A stretch of 64,000 nucleotides of DNA, taken from the NCBI GenBank assembly GCA_963716725.1, contig CAVQUB010000005.1:320001-384000 (forward strand). Reading direction: 5' to 3'. The DNA is from an uncultured delta proteobacterium (GTDB lineage Bacteria; Myxococcota_A; Polyangia; Polyangiales; Polyangiaceae). The notes beneath the pieces were generated by a model, which made no database searches, was not told where the DNA came from, and saw only the letters and a list, made by a program, of their open reading frames with translations. Numbering within the stretch: position 1 is the first letter of the stretch; each line of letters begins with the position of its first letter. Positions 10,342 to 19,216 of this stretch are shown in pieces. The position numbers were made by a program, and so were the translations under genes.

Positions 10342-10485
10342 TCAGGCCCGGCGGCGACGCCGGCCCAGCCCAGCGCCGATCCCCAGGCTGATGAGCAGCG
10401 CAGCGAGCCCCGCCGGCCCGCCGGCTCTGCGCGTGCTGCAGCCGCTGCTCTCGTCACTGGTCGAGGAGCACGAACTCGCGTTCAT
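10342..10485 (-). pseudogene. Orphan C-terminal remnant of a MYXO-CTERM sorted protein
   Basis: Reads SDESSGCSTRRAGGPAGLAALLISLGIGAGLGRRRRRA-stop (GC motif, hydrophobic helix, Arg cluster). The upstream sequence is transposase DNA. Confidence 0.6.
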
Positions 10486-10611
10486 ACTCCAGGATGCTGA
10501 CCTGCAACCGCATCGGCAAAAAATGTACCTGACTTCGCACGACGACGAGTTCAGGGGGAAGCGCGACGACGTGCTGCGCGTCTACTACGAGACGCCAAAG
10601 AAGGAGCAATC

Positions 10612-11184
10612 GTGTGCGTCGACGAGAAGACCGGCATCCCGGCGCTCGAACGCCGCTACGCTGACATTCCGATGGTGGCCGGACAGCCCGTCCGCCGCGA
10701 ATTCGAGTACGTCCGCCATGGCACGCTCTGCTGGATGGGAGCGCTCGATGTTCGCCGCGGCAAGCCGTTCGGCTTCATCTCGGACGGGCACGACAGCGAC
10801 ACCTTCGTCGAGCTACTCGACGTCATCGAGGCGGTCTACCCGCCGGGTCGTGGCCACATCATCATGGACGATCTCTCCGCCCACGACACGCCCGACGTGA
10901 ACGAGTGGTTTGACGAGCACCCACGCTGGATGCGCCACTTCACGCCGAAGCACGCGTCGTGGCTCAACCAGATCGAGTGCTGGTTCTCGATCCTCACGCG
11001 CCAACTTCTCGCACGAGGCTCGTTCACGCCAACCGACGACCTCGCGGCGAAGATCGACGCGTACGTCGCGTGGTATCTGCAGACCGACCGACCCTTTCGC
11101 TGGTCGTACCGCCCCAAGTCGTGGGCCGAATCCCGAAAAACCCCCTCACTTTCGGCGAAGAAAGCCGCAACTGTTTCGGAGTGA
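10612..11184 (+). pseudogene. IS630 DDE transposase catalytic domain
   Basis: Motifs CVDEK, EYVRHGT, IIMDDLSAH and FTPKHASWLNQIECWF; frameshift near 10600. Confidence 0.85.
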
Positions 11185-11201
11185 GGCCCGACCACACGGG
11201 G

Positions 11202-11579
11202 ATGGCACAGGAAGGGCGAAAGCTTGGAAGATTTGGGGATGGGACGGACGAGGTGATCGGTGCGCTGATCGAGGTGCATCGGCATCTCGGTCCAGGGCTG
11301 ATGGAATCCGCATATGAGGCCTGTCTATCTGCCGAGCTGTCGGAAAACGACGGCTCAAGTTCGAGCGGCAGCGACCGCTACCAATCCGCTACAAAGGCGT
11401 ACACCTTGACTGCGCCTATCGCCTCGACCTGGTCGCTTTCAGATCGTATCCTCCTGGAGCTCAAGGCGGTCGAGCGGCTGCTCCCGATTCACGAAGCGCA
11501 GGTCATCACCTATCCGCGCCTTTCGCGGTTGCCCGTCGGCCTGCTCGTCAACTTCAGGCCTGCGGACGCTAACGCCTGA
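11202..11579 (+). pseudogene. GxxExxY family protein (PD-(D/E)XK-like nuclease) with two compensating frameshifts
   Basis: VIGALIEVHRHLGPGLMESAYE (GxxExxY); shifted middle FERQRPLPIRYKGVHLDCAYRLDLV; then ILLELKAVERLLPIHEAQVITY...GLLVNF. Confidence 0.85.
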
Positions 11580-11616
11580 CCACCCCAAATCCTTCTGCTC
11601 TTCCGCCCTTCCTGTG
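11206..11616. repeat. Imperfect ~33-bp inverted repeat pair bracketing the GxxExxY ORF (11206-11238 and 11583-11616)
   Basis: cacaggaagggcg...atttgggg pairs with ccccaaat...cgcccttcctgtg; 13-nt and 8-nt perfectly complementary blocks. Confidence 0.75.
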
Positions 11617-11675
11617 AGAGCCCAAATGAGCGCAGGTCTCAGGGGCGAATCCACTCGAACTTCGGCCGCGCGGCA

Positions 11676-13598
11676 CTAGGGCAGCGTCGTGATCGCGACG
11701 TTGGCGGCCGCGCTCCCGCCGATGGCGGCGGGAGTGGTCCACGTGCTGTTGATGAGCCGTGAGTGATAGGCCACGCCATCGGACTCGATGAAGGCGACTT
11801 CGACGGCAGCGGTCGCCGCGCCTCTGGTGATCGCAGGCGACGACGTGCTGTTCACGTTCGGTGACGAGATGCCCGCCGGGCTCGACCAGGAGCTGCCCGA
11901 GAAGAACGAGGTGTAGAGCTTGCCGTCGGTGCCCTTGAACGCCAGCGCCGCGCCGCCGCCGGGCAGCGCCGCGAGCGAAGGTCGCGCGCCCGTGATCGCG
12001 CCGGTGATGGCGGCCGGCGTCGTCCAAACACCGCTTGTTCGAGTGGTGAAGAGCAGGTTGCCGGACTGGATTTCGGCGAAGACCACCAGAAGCTCTGGCC
12101 CGGTGCTCAGCGCAACGACCGCCGGGACGATGTAGTAGTCCACCGCGCCGCTGATGAACTGCGGGGACTGCCAGACCGCGCTCACGCGGTCGTCGGAGGA
12201 CAAGGCTCCATCCTGTTCACCGCTCGCATAGACGGCCACGGGCGTGGAGCCGATCACGGTCAGATCTGCGCCGCTAAAGCCGTACTGGTGGTTGCCGCTC
12301 GGCCCGATCGCCTCGGGAGCCGAGAACGTGCCCGCGAACGACATGAAGTAGTGCTTGTCGTCCGTGCCATGGAACGCGAGATGAACGGCCGTCGGGCCAA
12401 CCGCGAGCGCGGGACGGGATTGCGTCGTGATGCCAGTCCCGACGTTGGCGAGTTGGGTCCACCCGCTCGGGGTCCAGGCCGAGTACTGCAGGGCTTGGTC
12501 GTTGACGTGGTTGATCTCGGTGAAACGAACCGCCGCGGCCGCGCCCGCGCCGCCCACCGAGACTAGCGAGACTCCATCGACGGACTTGCTCCCGAGCGAG
12601 CTCGTCGACCAGCTGCCGCCGACGACCAGATCCGCGCCCAGCACCGCGGTCGCGCTGCCGACCACCGCGAGCACGGTGGGACACAGCGGGCAGGTGCCGC
12701 CGCAGTCGACTCCGGTCTCAGCACCGTTTTTCACGCCGTCGGAGCAGGTCGGGGCGTTGCAGGTGTGAGCCGTCGTGTTGCACACCAGCGACGCGCACTG
12801 GCTGCTCGAATTGCACTCGACGCACACGCCGGCGCCGGTGCAGAACTTGCCGCCGTTCTGGGTGCAGGTGCTGTTGATGGTCTTGTTCGGATTCGACGGC
12901 GTGCCGTTGGAGCACAGGTCGTCCGTGCACTGATTGCCATCGACGACGGGGTCGGCGTCGTCGTTCTGGCTGCTGACCGTGCCCGCCCCGTCGCACATGA
13001 CCTTCTTGCAGTCGCTCGGGACCTGCTGTGGTGCAGGGCCTGCTGTGACGAAGGACATCCCGCAGGCGCCCGTGCTGCAGGTGCGGGTCTGGCACGCGTT
13101 ATCCTGGCCCGGACACTCGGACGCTGTGGTGCATCCGCCGGTGCCGCCGGTGCCTCCGGTCGCAGAGCCGCCGGTTCCCGCGGCGCCGCCGGTGCTGCCA
13201 CCGCTGCCCGCCGCGCCGCCGGTGCTGCCGCCGGTTCCCGCGGCGCCGCCGGTGCTGCCACCGCTGCCCGCCGCGCCGCCAGTGCTGCCACCGGTTCCCG
13301 CGGCGCCGCCGGTGCTACCGCCGCTGCCGGCCATGCCACCGCTGCCGGCAACGCCACCGGTTCCACCGCTGCCGCCTGAGCCCCCGCTGGTGGTTCCACC
13401 GCTGCCGCCCGCGCCACCGGTTCCACCGCTGCCGCCTGAGCCCCCGCTGGTGGTTCCACCGCTGCCGCCCACCGATGACCCGGTACCGCCGGTCGAGTCA
13501 TCGATCTCGTCCCGCTCCGGCTTCGTGATCAGCGAGCACCCAATGAGCGGCATGCCGACGGCACCCACGAACCCAATCCGAACCAGCAACGAGCGCAT
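11676..13598 (-). CDS. Lipoprotein: Gly/Ser/Thr linker, Cys-rich repeats, C-terminal beta-propeller-like repeats
   Basis: Signal ending PLIGC; GGSTGGAAG repeats; CSDGVKNGAETGVDCGG motif; repeated W..P..I / PALA units. Confidence 0.75.
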   Translation of the reverse strand: MRSLLVRIGFVGAVGMPLIGCSLITKPERDEIDDSTGGTGSSVGGSGGTTSGGSGGSGGTGGAGGSGGTTSGGSGGSGGTGGVAGSGGMAGSGGSTGGAAGTGGSTGGAAGSGGSTGGAAGTGGSTGGAAGSGGSTGGAAGTGGSATGGTGGTGGCTTASECPGQDNACQTRTCSTGACGMSFVTAGPAPQQVPSDCKKVMCDGAGTVSSQNDDADPVVDGNQCTDDLCSNGTPSNPNKTINSTCTQNGGKFCTGAGVCVECNSSSQCASLVCNTTAHTCNAPTCSDGVKNGAETGVDCGGTCPLCPTVLAVVGSATAVLGADLVVGGSWSTSSLGSKSVDGVSLVSVGGAGAAAAVRFTEINHVNDQALQYSAWTPSGWTQLANVGTGITTQSRPALAVGPTAVHLAFHGTDDKHYFMSFAGTFSAPEAIGPSGNHQYGFSGADLTVIGSTPVAVYASGEQDGALSSDDRVSAVWQSPQFISGAVDYYIVPAVVALSTGPELLVVFAEIQSGNLLFTTRTSGVWTTPAAITGAITGARPSLAALPGGGAALAFKGTDGKLYTSFFSGSSWSSPAGISSPNVNSTSSPAITRGAATAAVEVAFIESDGVAYHSRLINSTWTTPAAIGGSAAANVAITTLP

Positions 13599-13634
13599 CC
13601 AGAAACCCTACCAGACGGGCCGGCTTCGGGTCAG

Positions 13635-14453
13635 CTACTGCTCGACGAAGTCGAAGACCTCGCCGAGAACGCGCAGAGCCTCGGGGCCCAGCTCACCGTG
13701 GCTCGCGCCTGGCAGCTCCCAGAAACGGGAGCGCACTCCAGCGCGGTCGAAATGCTCGGCGGCGAGCCGATAGGTCCGACGGAACTCCCGGCCGCCGCGG
13801 AGCACCGCGACGCGCTCGGAGCGGCGCACTTTCTCGAAGGCCGGAGGCTCGGGTGCGCTCATCAGCACGGCGCGCCGGTAGCGCTCCGGGTAGAGCCAGG
13901 CGAGGGACTCGGCGCGGGTCGCGCCTTCGGAATAACCCACGATGGTCACGTTCGCAGCGTCGAGCTCGTGCTCAAGCGCCGTCCCAATCGAGCGAATCGC
14001 GCGCTGGATTCGGTAGTCGATGAAGCGGATGTCGTTGCCCCATCGGAAGCGCCCAGGTTGGCCGGCGCAGCTCAGCTCACCATGCAGCGCGATCAGGGTC
14101 GCGTGGGGTTGAACGGCTGGTGCCCACTCGGTCACGGTGCTGGCGTCGCTGCAGAAGCCATGCAGGTACACCACCACTCGCCTCGAGCCGCCTTCGGCCT
14201 GAGCGACCCGCGCTGGAGCCTCCCCCGACACTGGAACGAAGCGCACGGGCGCTCGACCAGGCTCCCGGGGCGGCGTCGAAGTAGTGGGTGCCGCGGCGAC
14301 GGAGCGCGGCGCCGCCGAGTGGGGCTCGGCGCGGGGCAGAGCCGCGACCGCCTCGGCCGCCGCGGGGCTCGAGAACCAGCTCTCGTACGCCGCCGTCGCA
14401 CCTGCCGCTCCAACCAGCAGCGTCAGGACCAAAACACGGCGCATGCGATCCAT
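13635..14453 (-). CDS. Exported alpha/beta hydrolase
   Basis: VYLHG oxyanion motif, GYSEG nucleophile elbow, C-terminal GASHG; N-terminal hydrophobic segment. Confidence 0.7.
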   Translation of the reverse strand: MDRMRRVLVLTLLVGAAGATAAYESWFSSPAAAEAVAALPRAEPHSAAPRSVAAAPTTSTPPREPGRAPVRFVPVSGEAPARVAQAEGGSRRVVVYLHGFCSDASTVTEWAPAVQPHATLIALHGELSCAGQPGRFRWGNDIRFIDYRIQRAIRSIGTALEHELDAANVTIVGYSEGATRAESLAWLYPERYRRAVLMSAPEPPAFEKVRRSERVAVLRGGREFRRTYRLAAEHFDRAGVRSRFWELPGASHGELGPEALRVLGEVFDFVEQ

Positions 14454-14500
14454 TTTGGCATGGGGCCGCGGACCGCGCCCCTTTTCGGCGACGCGCCTGC

Positions 14501-15490
14501 TCAAGTACGGGTGACGACGCGATTGCGCCCGAGCCGTTTTGCCTCGTACATCGCCGCGTCCGCCGCCGCCAAGAGCGCGTCGGGGCCAGGGTACGAGTAC
14601 TCGGGACCCGCGAAGGCAATGCCGATGCTGACGGAGAGGTGGGGGACGTCTTCGAGGGGGAGCGACAGGTTTGCGATGTGCGCGCGCAGGCGTTCTGCGA
14701 GGATCATGGCGTTTTCGCGGGTGACCCGCCGCGCGACGACCACGAACTCGTCCCCACCGAAGCGCGCCAGCAGGTCTTCGGGTCGAAGCACGCGCTGCAT
14801 GGCTGCCGCCACCACCCGCAGCACGGCGTCGCCCATGTGGTGGCCCTGGGTGTCGTTGATCTGCTTGAAGCGGTCGATGTCGACCAGAAACACCGCGATG
14901 GTGTCGGAGTGACGTTGGGCGAAGGAAACCTCACTCGCGAGGCGCTCCACCAGGTAACGCCGGTTGTGCAGCGACGTCAGCGCGTCCCGCACGGTCGAGT
15001 CGAACAGGGCCCGCGCCGACTCTTCTTCGACCTCGTCTGCCAGCGACAGTTTGAGCAGCGTGTGGCCTCCGAGTCGGATGCGCGACCCAGCCCCGAGGCG
15101 GGTGGGCTCTCGGATGCGGCGCTCACCGACGAAGGTCCCGTTGGTGCTGCCGAGGTCCTCGACCCAGATGTGCCCCTCACGCAGGAAGATCCGGGCGTGG
15201 GCCCAGCTCAGGCCCGGATCGTCGAGCACGAAGCCCGAGCTCCCGCCGCGACCGATCACGATTCCCCCCTCTTCGACGCGGATCACGCGGCCGAGGGGAT
15301 CGCCTCGGAGTACCGTCAACAGGTAGCGGTCGCCGGTCGGAGTCGGCTGCTCCGCAGCGACGGCTTCGGCGATCTCGGCGATGCTCGGGGCGCGGATCTT
15401 GGTCGTGCTGATCCGAAGCGGTCGCCGCGACGTACGACGAGAAGTGTCGCGCGGACGGCGGCTGGTCGGGATCATGGCGCTCGAGTTCAT
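14501..15490 (-). CDS. FHA-domain diguanylate cyclase
   Basis: FHA motifs IGRG, SWAHA and DLGSTNGT; DALTSLHNRR, DIDRFKQIND, RPED I-site and RFGGDEF. Confidence 0.9.
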   Translation of the reverse strand: MNSSAMIPTSRRPRDTSRRTSRRPLRISTTKIRAPSIAEIAEAVAAEQPTPTGDRYLLTVLRGDPLGRVIRVEEGGIVIGRGGSSGFVLDDPGLSWAHARIFLREGHIWVEDLGSTNGTFVGERRIREPTRLGAGSRIRLGGHTLLKLSLADEVEEESARALFDSTVRDALTSLHNRRYLVERLASEVSFAQRHSDTIAVFLVDIDRFKQINDTQGHHMGDAVLRVVAAAMQRVLRPEDLLARFGGDEFVVVARRVTRENAMILAERLRAHIANLSLPLEDVPHLSVSIGIAFAGPEYSYPGPDALLAAADAAMYEAKRLGRNRVVTRT

Positions 15491-15624
15491 ACAAAGTACG
15501 TGCCGGGTCCCGAGGGCGCCGGAGATAGCCGTAGTTCCGCGGCTGTACGCTAGTGGCGTCGGGGCACCGCCCCCGCACGAATTGCACTTTCAGTGTGGGG
15601 AAGTGCACCGGATTGCGGCAAAAC

Positions 15625-17001
15625 TCACCAGCGACGCCCGGGCGGGGCGTTCTTCAACACTGCGGTTCCGTGCACTTCTTCGTTGGCTATGCTCTTCGAG
15701 ATTTCGTCGTACAGCGCGCGCATGCGACGGAAGTCTTCGCGACGGTGCTCGGTGAGGGTCTTGCGTTCCTTCGGATCGTTGGCGAGGTCGTACATCAGCC
15801 AGCGTTCGTCGTCCCCCCGGGAGATGAGCTTGAGATCTCCGTCGATGATCGCGCGCCGTCGATCTTGCAGGTTGTCCCGAGGCAGGTCCGCGACGACAGG
15901 CCGTGGCGGAAGGCTGCCGCCAAAAAGCTCGGGCACTAGGCTCTTGCCGCGGAGGGGCGGCGCGATCTCGACGCCCATCAGCTCGAGGATGGTCGGGGAA
16001 AGGTCAATGTGGCTGCGCGGGGTGTCGATGCGTCGGGGCGCCGCGTCGGGCACCAGGAAGAGGAGCGGAACGTGGATCAACGACTCCCAGAGCTCGTAGC
16101 CGTGCCGCACCTGGCCGTGCTCGCCGAAGCTCTCGCCATGATCGGCGCTGACGATCACCGCTGTACGCTTGCCCCACTCCTGCTTCTCGATCCATGAGAT
16201 CAGGTCGCCCACCGCGCGATCGGTGAACCACATCTCTGCATCATAGAGATCACGCGGCTCGTCCCCGAAGACTGGCGCGTCCTCGTGTTCGATGTATTCG
16301 TGGTGCGGATCCATGTAGTGGAAGTAGGCAAACAGGCGCCGCTCGCCGCTGGGGTCGGCGTTCTTGGCCAGGATCCGCTTGGCGGCAGCGGTCAGCCGCT
16401 CGCTCGTCGGCTTTGGCTCGGGGTTGTTGTAGATCGTGCCCGAGAGCACCAAGTAGTCGTCGAACCCTTGCTTCATCGACGGGTGGTAGAAATAGGCGTG
16501 GGCGTGGGCGGCGATGGCGCGATGTCCGGCCGCCTGTAGTCGCTCGCCCAAGAACAAATTCTCGGGGTACCACTGGGTGAAGAAGTACCCCGTCCGCGCC
16601 ATCTCGCTCGCGTACTTTCCGACCAAGAGCGGCGCAGCCGAGCGGGCGGTCACGCTGGAGAGCGAATAGGCGCGCGTGTAGCTCACGCTGCGCTTCTCGA
16701 GAGCCGTGAGGCGCGGCGCGATCTTCCGTCGGTAGCCTGCCCAGGGCATGTCAGCGCGCATGCTGTCGATCAGAATCAACACCACGTTGAGCGGGGCGCG
16801 GCTCGGCTCCGGAGGTCCCGCGTCCACCGCGACTTTGAGGTCGTCGGGCGGGGTTTCTTGGCTCGAGGTGCCCGGGGCGGAGGCTGCGCTCGGGCTCGGG
16901 GCCGTCGCCTCGGTGCCAGTCGTCGACTTGCTACGGCTGGTGCTGCAGGCGCCCAAGCCGAGGGCCAGCGCTAGCGTGAGCTCGAGCAGCAGGCGCGGCA
17001 T
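15625..17001 (-). CDS. Sulfatase/alkaline-phosphatase superfamily lipoprotein
   Basis: NVVLILIDSMRAD, HYMDPH, SADHGE and HVPL motifs; no canonical CxPxR (reads SVTARS); LGAC lipobox. Confidence 0.8.
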   Translation of the reverse strand: MPRLLLELTLALALGLGACSTSRSKSTTGTEATAPSPSAASAPGTSSQETPPDDLKVAVDAGPPEPSRAPLNVVLILIDSMRADMPWAGYRRKIAPRLTALEKRSVSYTRAYSLSSVTARSAAPLLVGKYASEMARTGYFFTQWYPENLFLGERLQAAGHRAIAAHAHAYFYHPSMKQGFDDYLVLSGTIYNNPEPKPTSERLTAAAKRILAKNADPSGERRLFAYFHYMDPHHEYIEHEDAPVFGDEPRDLYDAEMWFTDRAVGDLISWIEKQEWGKRTAVIVSADHGESFGEHGQVRHGYELWESLIHVPLLFLVPDAAPRRIDTPRSHIDLSPTILELMGVEIAPPLRGKSLVPELFGGSLPPRPVVADLPRDNLQDRRRAIIDGDLKLISRGDDERWLMYDLANDPKERKTLTEHRREDFRRMRALYDEISKSIANEEVHGTAVLKNAPPGRRW

Positions 17002-17003
17002 GC

Positions 17004-18128
17004 TCACCACTCGAAGATGGCGTAGTGCTCGACGGGCGTTCGGTTCATCAGTCCGTCGATGAAGATCAGCGTGGCCGTCTCGGGGGTGCCGGCTGCCCCC
17101 GCCGCCCCACCGCGATAGTCGACCCGATCGCCGTCCGTGGTCAGCTGCCTCAACTCGCCCGGCTGGGGCTCACCTCGTGCCCAAGCTCCGAGGAGCTCGC
17201 GGCACTTGGCGTCGCTGACGTGACCGATGACCTGGGTGAGCCCCAAGGGCAGGCGCCGCGGATCGAAGCGGCGGCCGAGCGGGTCGGACAGGTCGTGTCC
17301 GCGATTCGACGGCGCCTCGGGATTCGCTGGTCGATGATAGAGCATCCCGCCGCCCTCGCCCCGAGCCATGTGTCCCGGGCGATGGAGTGACGCGACCACG
17401 AGGCCACCCTGCACGTGAGCTGCAACCGCGGCGTCGAGGGCGGTATTGAGCGCGTTCGCGACGGCGACTGCTCCGCCGCGCTGGGGCGCGTTGATGGACT
17501 CGAGATGGTCGCGAGTCACGCCGGCGTGACAGAAGAGCAGGCGGTCGTCGGCCGCATGCGCGAGGCGCAAGCGGCGCGCGCGCAGCAACGCCCAGACGAG
17601 GTCGCGTTGCGCGACGCTGAAGGCCGAGAGGTCGCGCGCCGCGACCTCGGCCGTGGCGAAGCTGGGGTGAGCGTTGCAAAACTCTCGCTCGAGCTCCCGG
17701 TCCGGATCGCCAGCGCGATAGGCCAGGAGGGCCCGCTCGTGGGCCACGCTGAACGAAGCGTCGTCGAACTCGGCCAGCTCGCCGACTCGACCCAGATCGT
17801 GGTTGCCCGCGATCAACCTGACCTGATCGGGCGGGTGGCTCGCGAGCCAGCTCAGAATCGCCAGCCCGTCCCGCGCCGCGTCGAAGCGTTCCGCGCTCGA
17901 GCCGAAGTCGAAGTGATCGCCGATCGAGACGAACTCGACGTCGGCCGCGAGGCGTCCGTCGTCGCCGAGCAGGCCGTGCCGCTCCAGCACCTCTAAGAAC
18001 CTGCGGAGCGGTGCTTGGGGATCGCCTACCGCCACCCGGCGCGTGCGGCGGAGTCCATCCGCGGCGCAGGGTTGCCACTGCCCGGACGCGAGGTCGCGAG
18101 CGCGGCGTTCAGCGAGCTCGGCGCGCAC
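17004..18128 (-). CDS. Calcineurin-like metallophosphoesterase
   Basis: VGDPQA, IGDHFD, GNHD, CHAG and IGH motifs. Confidence 0.8.
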   Translation of the reverse strand: MRAELAERRARDLASGQWQPCAADGLRRTRRVAVGDPQAPLRRFLEVLERHGLLGDDGRLAADVEFVSIGDHFDFGSSAERFDAARDGLAILSWLASHPPDQVRLIAGNHDLGRVGELAEFDDASFSVAHERALLAYRAGDPDRELEREFCNAHPSFATAEVAARDLSAFSVAQRDLVWALLRARRLRLAHAADDRLLFCHAGVTRDHLESINAPQRGGAVAVANALNTALDAAVAAHVQGGLVVASLHRPGHMARGEGGGMLYHRPANPEAPSNRGHDLSDPLGRRFDPRRLPLGLTQVIGHVSDAKCRELLGAWARGEPQPGELRQLTTDGDRVDYRGGAAGAAGTPETATLIFIDGLMNRTPVEHYAIFEW

Positions 18129-18233
18129 GGTGGGAGGCTAGCCTTTGTGACGCGCTATGCAATCGGTGCGTAGCTCGGCGCCGCGGGTCAGTGGGTCGGA
18201 GCGCTCCCCCTCGGGAATCGCCCCGATTTCCTC

Positions 18234-18249
18234 CGGCATGGACGCTGCA
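18234..18249 (+). promoter_or_regulatory. Possible sigma-54 promoter
   Basis: CGGCATG-gacg-CTGCA (GG-N10-GC), ending 23 nt before ATG 18273, with a ggagg RBS in between. Confidence 0.45.
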
Positions 18250-18272
18250 TCTCGTGCGCCCCGGAGGTCGCG

Positions 18273-19136
18273 ATGCGAGGGCGTTGGTTCGTGCTTGGGG
18301 CTCTGGTCTGCGGGGTGACGGCGTGCGGGGGCGACGACAACGCGGAGCTGTACGGCAGCGGTGGCTCGAACGCCGGCGGAAGCACCACCGGGGGCGTTGG
18401 CGGTGGCGCGGGCGTTGGCGGTGGCGCGGGCGTCGGCGGCGGCGCGGGCGTCGGCGGCGGCGCGGGCGTCGGCGGCTCCGGTGGCACCACGTCGGGCGGC
18501 TCCGGTGGCACCACGTCGGGCGGCTCCGGTGGCACCACGTCGGGCGGCTCCGGTGGCACCACGTCGGGCGGCTCCGGTGGCACCACGTCGGGCGGCTCCG
18601 GTGGCACCACGTCGGGCGGCTCCGGTGGCACCACGTCGGGCGGCTCCGGTGGCAGCGGCGGTGGCTGCACCATCAAGAAGTGGTGCAAGGACAACGACGA
18701 CGACAAATACGGCTCTCCCTACAACACTCAATCGTCCTGCGACAAACCGCCCGGCAAATGGATCGAGGACGGTTCGAAGGCTCGCGCCTGCGAAGACTGC
18801 AACGACTCGGTCAAGGAAGCGTTCCCGTCGAGCACGCACTGCAGCGCGACCGGCTACGGCACGGCGGGCGGGCTCTCGTTCGACTACAACTGCGACACCA
18901 AAGAAGACCCCTGCTCGAGCCTCAAGCAGGCCGGCCAGTGCGCACCCGACCAAAACGACCCCAACAAGTGCATCGGCGAAGGCTACCTGCCGGTCAACAC
19001 GAGCCCCGCCAAGAACAAGTACTGCGGCAGCTCCCAGTGGCAGGCGTGCCTGCCCGTGTCCGTCGGCCTGGACGGCGGTGGGTCCTTCGGCTGCGCAGCG
19101 ACCGTGAGTTCGGCAAACCCCGTCACCTGCAAGTGA
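18273..19136 (+). CDS. Gly-rich linker, Cys-rich lipoprotein
   Basis: VTAC lipobox; GGGAGV and GGSGGTTS repeats; DNDDDKYG, DCND and FDYNCD Cys-rich motifs. Confidence 0.75.
   Translation: MRGRWFVLGALVCGVTACGGDDNAELYGSGGSNAGGSTTGGVGGGAGVGGGAGVGGGAGVGGGAGVGGSGGTTSGGSGGTTSGGSGGTTSGGSGGTTSGGSGGTTSGGSGGTTSGGSGGTTSGGSGGSGGGCTIKKWCKDNDDDKYGSPYNTQSSCDKPPGKWIEDGSKARACEDCNDSVKEAFPSSTHCSATGYGTAGGLSFDYNCDTKEDPCSSLKQAGQCAPDQNDPNKCIGEGYLPVNTSPAKNKYCGSSQWQACLPVSVGLDGGGSFGCAATVSSANPVTCK
18471..18653 (+). repeat. Perfect 24-bp tandem repeat, 7 full copies plus a partial
   Basis: Unit ggcggctccggtggcaccacgtcg encodes GGSGGTTS; preceded by 18-bp GGGAGV repeats. Confidence 0.95.
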
Positions 19137-19216
19137 TTCGATTCGGGTCCCACGCTGCGTCGTGGCGCTGATTGGTGTATGGTCGCGGCGCGTGACGCCG
19201 CTCGGGTGACCGACAG

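Larger units (their letters stand above)
11134..11652 (+). mobile_element. Candidate ~520-bp GxxExxY insertion element nested in IS630
   Basis: cgaatcc direct repeat at 11127-11133 and 11646-11652; removing the segment restores the transposase end ...KSWAES-TRTSAARH-TAG. Confidence 0.55.
10480..11679 (+). mobile_element. Truncated IS630-family element (left end and HTH missing; 3' end split by a nested insertion)
   Basis: Transposase-like DLQPHRQKMYLTSHDDEF in one frame and the DDE domain in another; terminal gaacttcggccgcgcggcaCTAG at 11657-11679 resembles an IS630 end at a TA/CTAG target. Confidence 0.7.

Noticed and set aside
10331..10350. CTAG at the B3 stop as the IS630 left end
   Set aside because: Only about 5 nt match the reverse complement of the right end, and a MYXO-CTERM remnant lies between it and the transposase.
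4629..10900. ORF-track giants 4629..7454 (941 aa) and 7445..10900 (1151 aa)
   Set aside because: They are off-frame read-through joined to real DUF4139 genes by frame coincidence and frameshifts; the off-frame parts are Arg/Gly-rich nonsense.
18393..18653. CRISPR-like periodicity (also at 13140-13490 and 51735-51950)
   Set aside because: These are contiguous in-frame coding repeats without unique spacers, and no cas genes are present.
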